Origin: an uncultured Campylobacter sp.
GTDB taxonomy: Bacteria; Campylobacterota; Campylobacteria; Campylobacterales; Campylobacteraceae
Assembly: GCF_938039245.1 (NCBI RefSeq)
Contig: NZ_CALHVN010000020.1
Coordinates: 17,838 to 81,837 of the forward strand
DNA length: 64,000 nt
Direction of reading: 5' to 3'
Shown here: positions 1-7,272 of the stretch, one piece after another
Numbering within the stretch: the stretch's first letter is position 1
Layout: every line of letters begins with the position of its first letter
The notes under the pieces: generated by a model
Told to the model about the DNA's origin: nothing
Database searches by the model: none
Seen by the model: the letters and a program-made list of their open reading frames with translations, nothing else
Made by a program: the position numbers and the translations under genes

Positions 1-237
1 GCAAAAGGCCGCACGGCAAACTATATGAGCCTTGCGGTGGTGCTACCCACCCCGCAGATAGACCGCACGAGAGACACGCTCAAAAACCTATGCGGAGAGC
101 TTACGACTTTTATTGGAGACGAGAAAGACAAGGGCTTCAAGAGCCTGCTAGTCTTTGGCTTTCTCAATGATTTTAGGATCAAGATCACGGGCGAGCAGTA
201 TAGCGCGCTCTCGATCAACGTAGAGGGAATAATCTAA
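1..237 (+). CDS. Phage tail-region protein, 3' part only (frame open from base 1)
   Basis: Frame 1 is open from position 1 to TAA at 235-237 and directly precedes the tail-fibre gene, which has an AGGAG RBS. Confidence 0.6.
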   Translation, partial: AKGRTANYMSLAVVLPTPQIDRTRDTLKNLCGELTTFIGDEKDKGFKSLLVFGFLNDFRIKITGEQYSALSINVEGII

Positions 238-253
238 ATTTAAAGGAGAGGAA

Positions 254-1855
254 ATGAAACAAATAACTAAGTTGCCTCAGCCGCCTACCACGGCCGAGCC
301 TCAAAATTTCGACGACCGAGCCGACGCGTTCGTAGGCGCGCTACCGAAATTCGTTACCGAAACCAACGAGCTAGCCGCCGAGCTGGAAGAAAATTTAAGT
401 AGCGCAGCGTCGCTAAAAACCGCTGCTCAATCTAGCGCAGACTCTGCCGCAGATTCTGCGCAAACGGCTAGTAGCGCCAGCAATACTGCAGTAAGTAGCG
501 CAAGCGAGGCCGTGTCGGCAAAAGAGATCGCCGTAAGCGCCGCAGCCTCCGCAAAACAAAGCGAGCAGGTGGCAACGTCCGTCAAAGAGGGGCTGCAAGA
601 CTCGGCAAATGCGCTTGAAGAGATGAAAAAAATAGTCGCGACGGGTTTCATCGACGATACTCAGACAAGAACAAATTTGACCTATTCGAGTAAAAAGATC
701 GATAGCGATTTTTCAAAGACGGATCACAACCACGATACGACCTATTTATCTATTGAGAAATTTAATGAATTTAAGACGAAAGTGGTCAAAAAACAAAATA
801 ATCTCGATTTTATGGTTAATTTCTTGCAAGATGTCACGGCAGACGGCGTAGCCGTAAAAATAGACGATACCAGCGGTTCAGGCAATTCTTTCGTAGTAAG
901 CAGATTTCCGATTTTATCGGTAGATAACGGAAAATATTTTTATATAGACGTCATAGGATCAAAATGGGGCATTATATCGGAAGAAATAAAAAATCCAAAT
1001 AGCAAGAATATATTCAAAAGAGGAGACCTTTTCCCATATCCTAGCATCACAGTCGCCTTCTTGTTTAAGATCGGAGATTTACTTTATTTTAGTAGACAAT
1101 CCCAACCTTATATATACAATACAAAAACCAATCAAATGGAAATAAATCACTCAGGCGCCGGAGAGTTTTATCAAATGGATCAAATGCGCTATATAGATCC
1201 AAAATTCCCCATCACGCGGCACTCAGGGAAAACGCTTAAAATTTTAAATACCGATGGCTATATAGAGCTAGAAGATCAAACGGGAACCATAGTAGTAATT
1301 CAGGACTACATAATACAAATGAACTATTACACAAAATCCGTCAAGGCTTTTAGGATTACGGTTAACGGGCGTAGCGCTTCAATAGCCCCTATCGATATGT
1401 CCGAAGTTCCTTATCACGGTCTTTACAAAAGGATGGTTATTGAAACTGAATGGTGGCGCCCATCTATAAGAGATCAATATTATAAAAAAGGTAGTGATTT
1501 GTACTATCTTGAGAATTTTGAGAACGATGACGGTATAAGTCGTAGCTACGCCTTATATAAAAACAAAGAGCGACTACCTATACCGATAATGCCGCAAGGA
1601 AATGAGAAACTATTTCTAGCCCAAAGGACTAGATTTTTAATCAATGTTTATATCGGCACAGACCAAACCTATACGCGCATGTACGATATTACCGGAAAAG
1701 GTAAAATCGTGAGGCTCCCAGTGGGCGTACTATGCGCAGAAGAAACCGAGCAAGGCGTACGGATAGCGTACGTGACGCGGCTGCCTGCCGACGGCAAGCC
1801 GCGGACTTTTTATGAGACTGTATTGCCGTATGGAATTTTTAGTAACGAGGAGTAG
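254..1855 (+). CDS. Phage tail fibre / receptor-binding protein
   Basis: N-terminus ITKLPQPP..NFDDRADAFVGALP is typical of phage tail proteins. It is followed by an Ala/Ser-rich stretch, TYSSKKID and HNHD motifs, and an AT-rich C-terminal domain. Confidence 0.7.
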   Translation: MKQITKLPQPPTTAEPQNFDDRADAFVGALPKFVTETNELAAELEENLSSAASLKTAAQSSADSAADSAQTASSASNTAVSSASEAVSAKEIAVSAAASAKQSEQVATSVKEGLQDSANALEEMKKIVATGFIDDTQTRTNLTYSSKKIDSDFSKTDHNHDTTYLSIEKFNEFKTKVVKKQNNLDFMVNFLQDVTADGVAVKIDDTSGSGNSFVVSRFPILSVDNGKYFYIDVIGSKWGIISEEIKNPNSKNIFKRGDLFPYPSITVAFLFKIGDLLYFSRQSQPYIYNTKTNQMEINHSGAGEFYQMDQMRYIDPKFPITRHSGKTLKILNTDGYIELEDQTGTIVVIQDYIIQMNYYTKSVKAFRITVNGRSASIAPIDMSEVPYHGLYKRMVIETEWWRPSIRDQYYKKGSDLYYLENFENDDGISRSYALYKNKERLPIPIMPQGNEKLFLAQRTRFLINVYIGTDQTYTRMYDITGKGKIVRLPVGVLCAEETEQGVRIAYVTRLPADGKPRTFYETVLPYGIFSNEE

Positions 1856-1858
1856 CCG

Positions 1859-2479
1859 ATGAAACCGACTCTAAAACAATGGCTCCAAGTAGCCAAAAAT
1901 TTCATCATCGAGATCCCGCTTGAGATACTTGCCTTTTTCGTTGTGCCTATCGCTTTGCTTTTCGTAAAAGAAAGCGACGACCATCTGCCGCGATGTTTTC
2001 GCTGGTTTGAGGATGCCGACGACTACTACGACGGGCAAAGTGCGGCCATAAACGGCGATGGCGGATGGAGACGGGATCACTTCCCGTCCCCTAAAAACCG
2101 TACCTATTTCGCCCGCCTTTGCTGGCTTTTGCGCAATAGAATAGGCTATTTTTGCGTCAAATACCTAGGCGTCAAAACAAGCCAAATAGACCCCGCCTCT
2201 ATCAAAACGTTCGGAGACCCGTCCGTCACGTCAAACGGCGGCGCGGTAAGCTCGTGGTGCAAGGTAGAGTGCCACCTCAAAGACGGGCGCGAGCGTTTTG
2301 GATACTACCGCACGATCCGCTGGTGCAAAGGCTTTTATATCCGCATTTACGTGGGGTGGAAGCTCATGGATATAGCTGGCGCAAATCCCCAAAATTGGCA
2401 CGAATTTATCGAGGGCGAGGATAAAAAAGTGCTTAAAACCGTGTGGGCGTTTCACCCCATGAGAAAGGTCAAAGAATGA
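1859..2479 (+). CDS. Conserved phage protein (DUF7338-like), N-terminal membrane segment
   Basis: HLPRCFRWFED..INGDGGW..WLLRN..YVGWKL pattern; sits between the tail fibre and the lysis genes. Confidence 0.6.
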   Translation: MKPTLKQWLQVAKNFIIEIPLEILAFFVVPIALLFVKESDDHLPRCFRWFEDADDYYDGQSAAINGDGGWRRDHFPSPKNRTYFARLCWLLRNRIGYFCVKYLGVKTSQIDPASIKTFGDPSVTSNGGAVSSWCKVECHLKDGRERFGYYRTIRWCKGFYIRIYVGWKLMDIAGANPQNWHEFIEGEDKKVLKTVWAFHPMRKVKE

Positions 2480-2562
2480 ACGCGTCAACAAAGAAATTCG
2501 TACTGATCGCGGCGGCTATCCTAATCATAACCGCTGCAGTAAAACTACTGAAAGGAGCGTAA
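2476..2562 (+). CDS. 28-aa single-TM phage peptide (not in ORF track)
   Basis: MNASTKKFVLIAAAILIITAAVKLLKGA. ATG overlaps the upstream TGA (ATGA) and its stop lies just before the next start. Confidence 0.6.
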   Translation: MNASTKKFVLIAAAILIITAAVKLLKGA

Positions 2563-2563
2563 A

Positions 2564-2974
2564 ATGGGCTTTTTAAATATCAAATTTCTAATATCCGCGG
2601 GCGTCGCTTTGCTGATAGCTCTAGGCGGTGCAGGGATTGAAATCTGGCGGCTAAACGGCGCTGTTTCAAGCGCAAAGGCCGAAACGCAAAATGCCAAAGA
2701 CAAGCTGGAAAAAGAGCAGACCAAGCTAGCCCTCAAAGAGGCAGAAAGCCAAATTTACGCAGCAAATTTAAGCGAATGTAATTCCAAAATCTCTGCGCAA
2801 AACGAAGCTATCAAAAGCATGGCTCTAGATATGAAACAGATCCGCCAAAGCCAAGCGGGGCTGAGAAAAGAGCTACAAGCCAAATACGAAAGTATGGAGC
2901 CTCCGCCAAAAGACAGCGGATGCGAAAAGAAGCTGGGATACTACGAAAGGCTGTTTAGGGGGCTAGGAAAATGA
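2564..2974 (+). CDS. i-spanin (Rz-like) inner-membrane protein
   Basis: One N-terminal TM helix, then a long coiled coil with Cys; adjacent to a lipoprotein gene. Confidence 0.6.
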   Translation: MGFLNIKFLISAGVALLIALGGAGIEIWRLNGAVSSAKAETQNAKDKLEKEQTKLALKEAESQIYAANLSECNSKISAQNEAIKSMALDMKQIRQSQAGLRKELQAKYESMEPPPKDSGCEKKLGYYERLFRGLGK

Positions 2975-3228
2975 AAACAGCGGGAAAAATAGTCAAATTT
3001 ACGGCCGTCTGCGCTGCGACTACTATACTTTGCGGTTGCGCAGGCGCTGAGCCACGGATCATAGCGCGCACCCAGTATCAGGACGTAGACAAACCCGTGC
3101 GCTGCGACGTAGAGCTACCGCCAAAGCCTAGCTTTGACGAGAGCGATCCATCGACCGCCGGAGCCGTAGCGGCATATCACGAAGAGATCGAAAGGCTGCT
3201 TTTGCTGTGCGTAGGAGCAAGGCCGTGA
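2971..3228 (+). CDS. o-spanin (Rz1-like) lipoprotein
   Basis: Lipobox ILCGC, Pro-rich mature part (VELPPKP), two further Cys; overlaps the i-spanin stop. Confidence 0.6.
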   Translation: MKTAGKIVKFTAVCAATTILCGCAGAEPRIIARTQYQDVDKPVRCDVELPPKPSFDESDPSTAGAVAAYHEEIERLLLLCVGARP

Positions 3229-3338
3229 GCGAGCTAGTGATTAGAAAGATCATGGGCTTTAAGCTTAGCAAAAAGCGCATTATAGAGATAGCTTTAGCGG
3301 TCTTGCTCGCCTTGATTTTCGGGGCGGTGATGGGATGA
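3225..3338 (+). CDS. 37-aa membrane peptide (not in ORF track)
   Basis: GTG start with AGGAG at 3213-3217; MSELVIRKIMGFKLSKKRIIEIALAVLLALIFGAVMG. Overlaps both neighbours by 4 bp. Confidence 0.6.
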   Translation: MSELVIRKIMGFKLSKKRIIEIALAVLLALIFGAVMG

Positions 3339-3688
3339 GCTGGATCGACAAAGAGTACTGGTATATATTCTGGGTGATGGTCGTAGGCCTCATCGGGGCG
3401 GTGCTTGGGCTACTGGATGAAAACGGCAGGCCTAGGAAAAACAGAACAAAAAAAGCCTTTTTAGCCGCGGCCGCAACGTCTGCGTTTTTATGCTGGGCGA
3501 CGTATGAGATAGTATTTTTCATTTCGCACGCCACGCCCTTTTCTCTTGCCATAGGTGGCATCATCGCCTTTATGGGCGGAGACTGGGTCAGACGCAAGAT
3601 CGACAAGGCGGCAAATAAAAAGATAGAAAGCCTAGGTGGAGATAGCGGTAGCTTGGCAAAGAGCGAATACGAAGAGGAGCTTAAATGA
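3335..3688 (+). CDS. Phage holin
   Basis: 117 aa, three hydrophobic segments, highly charged C-terminal tail, lysis-gene context. Confidence 0.75.
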   Translation: MSWIDKEYWYIFWVMVVGLIGAVLGLLDENGRPRKNRTKKAFLAAAATSAFLCWATYEIVFFISHATPFSLAIGGIIAFMGGDWVRRKIDKAANKKIESLGGDSGSLAKSEYEEELK

Positions 3689-3867
3689 GCAACGAAGAGA
3701 TACTAGAGAGCATGCAAGCAAAGCGCACCAAGTGTGTTGTCTACACGCGCGTAATGGGATACCACCGCCCGGTAGAGAGCTTTAACGTCGGCAAAAAAGG
3801 CGAGCATAAAGAACGCGTCAAATTTATAGAAAGGAGAAAAGATGAAACTAATCATAAGGCGATATAA
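3685..3867 (+). CDS. Stand-alone glycyl-radical-loop domain homologous to the C-terminus of anaerobic ribonucleotide reductase NrdD
   Basis: KRTKCVVYTRVMGYHRPVESFNVGKKGEHKER matches the class III RNR RVxGY..RP...N.GK..E..R signature; only 60 aa. Confidence 0.85.
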   Translation: MSNEEILESMQAKRTKCVVYTRVMGYHRPVESFNVGKKGEHKERVKFIERRKDETNHKAI

Positions 3868-4255
3868 GGATATTTATGACGGCACGCTGGGTAAATTTGA
3901 GCTAGTGGGCGTAAATACCGTGCTGATGACGGGCTATACGTTAGAGTCCGCAGGACCAGATACCACCGAGCGAGGCAAAGATAGGCGCATACCTGCGGGA
4001 CTTTATCGCGTGGCTTGGCACAAGTCGCCAAAATTTAACCGCGTGGTGCCGGTGCTTTTTAACGAGCGAGTAGCGAAAGATCGCTACATAGAGATACATG
4101 CGGGCAACTATCCAAAGCATACCGAGGGCTGCATCTTGGTAGGGAAATGGGCAAATGACGAGGGAGTGTTTGAGAGCGTCAAAACGCTAGAAGCTTTGCT
4201 TAGTTTTATCCAGGGCAAGAGCATTGAAGTGGAGATTATTAACGATATAAAATGA
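3842..4255 (+). CDS. DUF5675-family phage protein, candidate endolysin
   Basis: T.G.F..GYTLE..RIPAG.Y..IHAGNYPKHTEGCILVG pattern; last gene of the holin/spanin cassette, with no other endolysin in view. Confidence 0.7.
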   Translation: MKLIIRRYKDIYDGTLGKFELVGVNTVLMTGYTLESAGPDTTERGKDRRIPAGLYRVAWHKSPKFNRVVPVLFNERVAKDRYIEIHAGNYPKHTEGCILVGKWANDEGVFESVKTLEALLSFIQGKSIEVEIINDIK

Positions 4256-4294
4256 TATTTTAAAAGCCTTTTAAAAGGGAGTTTAAAAGGTAAA

Positions 4295-4387
4295 AATTTA
4301 CGTTAGAAATCAAAGTAAAAAATCGCCGTTTTTAATCCACTTTGATTTTAAGCGTAAATTCACTTTGATTTGAAAAGCGGTTTTACA
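4295..4387 (+). repeat. Putative transposase-binding sites and right terminus of a Mu-like prophage
   Basis: ACTTTGATTT-core sites at 4339-4360 and 4362-4383 (direct) and 4295-4316 (inverted), then CA at 4386-4387. Confidence 0.65.
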
Positions 4388-4750
4388 GATTATCCTATAA
4401 ATTTTTACCGAAAGTATAAATTATGTCTTAAAAATAAGTAAAAATCGGCGAGAATTTAAATGAATAAAAACTTCAAGTAAGCGTGATAAAAACTCGTATA
4501 AATTTGCACGGCGCCCTTGGGAATAAAAGCGGCTTTTCAAGCTCCCGTTTTAAAATCTCTTAATCGGGGCGGTTTTGCTAAACGCTCTTAGGCCGCCGTC
4601 TTTACGGGTTTTAGCCGATACGGGCGGCATAGGCGCGAGTAAATTTAGCCGCACAGGACAGCGTTTTACCGACCTCGCTACTGCAGTTTTTTGGCGCAGG
4701 CGCATTACCGGACGACCGCGAACGTACCTGATGGCGTTTTACTCGCCTCG

Positions 4751-6673
4751 CTACTCCAGCAGGCTATCTCGCGGTTCGCCTAGATAAAAGCCCTGAAATT
4801 CGTCCACGCCTAGTCGCACGCAGGTGTCAAACACCTCTTTTGAGTGGACGAACTCGGCTATTACCGTGATGTCTAGCTGGTTAGCAAAGGCTATGATCGC
4901 GCTAGCTATCGCCCGAGAATCCTCGCTAGAGTCTATATTTTTGATGATCGAGCCGTCTATTTTGATGTAATCTGGCTTTAGCTTTAGGATATAGGAGAAG
5001 TTGCTATAACCCGAGCCAAAATCATCTATGGCGATCTTTGCGCCCATCCTTCGCACGCGTTCGATAAATGCGCCGATACGCTCGATATTTTCTATATTTT
5101 CATCCTCTAGTATCTCAAATATCACCCTTGAGGCGATCTTGTATCTGTTTAGCCTCTCGATGATAAACGCGCTCACGTCGCCGTCGGTCATATCGCGTCC
5201 GGATAAATTTACCGAGATGATGGCGCTAGGCTTGTCTTTGATTAGCTTAAAGCTCTTTTCGATTAGCATTTTTTCGATATCGGTGTAGCGCTTAATGCGC
5301 TTTGAAACTTCTAAAAAAATGCTCGGCGAGATGATTTCAGAGCTATTTTGGATACGGATTAGCGTTTCGTATTTTAACACCTTGCCGTCTTTGTTAAATA
5401 TCGGTTGATAAAACGGCACGATTTTATCGTTTATTATGGCGTTTCGTATCATATTCGATCGCTTGATTTGCTCGGCGTATTGAGGAGTATCGTCGATATT
5501 TTTAAAGTAGCAAAAGAAATCCTTACCGCTTTGCTTTGCAAACTCAAGCGCCGTCATCGCCTTTTTAAACGTATCGGTCTCATCTAGGGCAAAGCCTACC
5601 GTACAGTAAATCTCTATCTCGATTTGCTCGCCGCCGTCTTTAGACACGTCTATGACCAGTCCTTTTATACTCTCTAAAAGCTCGCTTGCCAAATCCTCGT
5701 ATCTATCTATAAAATAATCGGCGTTTTCGACTAGAGCAAACTGGTCAGGTCCCACGCGGTAAGCCGCCATATCGTTATCGTTTGCGAATTTTCTAGCTAT
5801 TTGCGCCATTTTAAGTAAAATTTGATCGCAAGCCTCGGCGCCAAAGTAGTTATTCATTTTTCTAAACTCGTCTATATCCACGACTACGATTTTAGGACTC
5901 TTCATAGTCGCTACGTCGCGCTCTAAAGCCGTTTTGTTAGGTAGCCCCGTTAGCGCGTCGCTATATAGACGCTTTTGCATCTCGGAGTTATTAGCTAGCA
6001 GCCTAGCGTTGGTTTTCATGAGCGAAATTTGACTGTTTTTGATATTTCTAAAAAAAAGCCAATACTGAAACACGCAAATAAGCATCATGATAAGGGTAAC
6101 TAAAACGGTATTTTTCATATTTACGGCAAGCCAAGTAAAAAAACGCGGGTCGTCAAAGCCTGAAATTTTTACCGCGTGAACCATATCGTAGCCCAGTATC
6201 ACGCCGTCTGTTTTTTTAAAATAGCAAACCTCGGCCTTATTATCCGCAATCAGACGAATGCGCTTATAAATGCCCTTTTGCTCCAAATCCGTATGCGCCC
6301 TAGAGTCCATATCGCAAAATTTATAGGGCAAAATTTCGCCTATTAAATTAGGATGCTGCGAGCTGGCAAGCACCGTAAGTTCGTTTTTGTCTCCGGTTTG
6401 CTTAAATATCCAAGCAGGTACAGAATTAGCCGCTTCGGCATACCTTTGAAACTCGTTTATGTCGCGCTTGGCCACTTGTTTATAAATCATTTCTACTACG
6501 TTCATATATGCCTCGGCTTTAGCGTCTATGCCGATGTTTGAAGGGTAATTAACGGAGTCTTGAAATTTATTATAAAATATAAAACAAACGGCTATACACG
6601 AACATATCACAAGCACGACGATAGGTAAAACGAGGTAGCGAGTTGCCTTGCTCTTAGATTCTAAATTTTGCAT
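4751..6673 (-). CDS. Membrane-anchored GGDEF-EAL protein (degenerate GGDEF; likely c-di-GMP phosphodiesterase)
   Basis: Two TM segments; DALTGLPN; A-site reads GPDQF; EAL domain with YETLIR, IDDFGSGYSN, IKIDG, AEFV, QGFY. Confidence 0.85.
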   Translation of the reverse strand: MQNLESKSKATRYLVLPIVVLVICSCIAVCFIFYNKFQDSVNYPSNIGIDAKAEAYMNVVEMIYKQVAKRDINEFQRYAEAANSVPAWIFKQTGDKNELTVLASSQHPNLIGEILPYKFCDMDSRAHTDLEQKGIYKRIRLIADNKAEVCYFKKTDGVILGYDMVHAVKISGFDDPRFFTWLAVNMKNTVLVTLIMMLICVFQYWLFFRNIKNSQISLMKTNARLLANNSEMQKRLYSDALTGLPNKTALERDVATMKSPKIVVVDIDEFRKMNNYFGAEACDQILLKMAQIARKFANDNDMAAYRVGPDQFALVENADYFIDRYEDLASELLESIKGLVIDVSKDGGEQIEIEIYCTVGFALDETDTFKKAMTALEFAKQSGKDFFCYFKNIDDTPQYAEQIKRSNMIRNAIINDKIVPFYQPIFNKDGKVLKYETLIRIQNSSEIISPSIFLEVSKRIKRYTDIEKMLIEKSFKLIKDKPSAIISVNLSGRDMTDGDVSAFIIERLNRYKIASRVIFEILEDENIENIERIGAFIERVRRMGAKIAIDDFGSGYSNFSYILKLKPDYIKIDGSIIKNIDSSEDSRAIASAIIAFANQLDITVIAEFVHSKEVFDTCVRLGVDEFQGFYLGEPRDSLLE

Positions 6674-6880
6674 CGACCTTCTTTTGTAATTTTATCGCCA
6701 TTTTATCATTATTTATTTAAGTTAATCATTAAAGCCAAAATTTATAAAAATAATTTGTGCGGCAAAAAAGCAAAGAAGAAAACGGACGCAGTAAAACAAC
6801 TATGCGGACGGCTGATTTTTCGTCGCTCTTTTTTGCGAGATTTAGGCGACTAGGCGCCGTCGCTAAATTTTAAAGCTCCA

Positions 6881-7158
6881 AATTTACAAAGAAGCGTAAA
6901 TAGGCTTAAATTTGACATTTTCAAGATGCGGGTCTCGGTGAGTAAAATTTCGAGTTAAATTTGTAAATTTGACTCGAAATTTGATCACAAAACGACAAGG
7001 CGAAGTATCTTGCGATGAATTTAAATGTTGCGATGAATTTACAAAAAAGCGTAAATAGGCTTAAATTTGACATTTTCAAGATGCGGGTCTCGGTGACTCA
7101 AATTTGCAAATTCAACTTCAAATTTGAACGTAAAACGATAAGGCGAAGTATTTTTGCG
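6881..7158. repeat. Two-copy direct repeat, 155-bp period
   Basis: 6881-6941 and 7036-7096 match at 60/61 nt; both units continue to an AAGGCGAAGTAT motif (6997, 7140). Confidence 0.85.
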
Positions 7159-7260
7159 TTTAGACGAGGCGGATTTAAATTTTACGACGGGAGCTACCTT
7201 GTCGGTAGTGACCGAGTAAAATTTAGATCCAACGAAGTATAAACCAAAAAGACAAACCAC
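7139..7260. repeat. Modular intergenic hairpin element
   Basis: Nested inverted repeats GGATTTAAATTTTAC/GTAAAATTTAGATCC and CTACC/GGTAG; outer GGCGAAGTATTTTTG..CAAAAAGACAA is shared with 44349-44472. Confidence 0.75.
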
Positions 7261-7272
7261 AGCAAGGCAAAT

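Larger units (their letters stand above)
1..4387 (+). mobile_element. Right-hand end of a prophage, probably transposable (Mu-like); left part lies outside the window
   Basis: Tightly coupled + strand genes (ATGA/GTGA overlaps) encoding tail-fibre-like, spanin-like, holin-like and DUF5675 proteins. Ends in three related ~22-bp sites and a terminal CA at 4386-4387. Confidence 0.8.

Noticed and set aside
254..1855. Diversity-generating retroelement or invertible tail cassette
   Set aside because: No reverse transcriptase, template repeat, invertase or second cassette is visible in the window.
4575..4787. 70-aa ORF just outside the prophage end
   Set aside because: No RBS or recognisable features; it overlaps the GGDEF/EAL 3' end on the opposite strand.
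6881..7158. Possible CRISPR array
   Set aside because: Only two long units, the 'spacers' resemble each other, and there are no cas genes.
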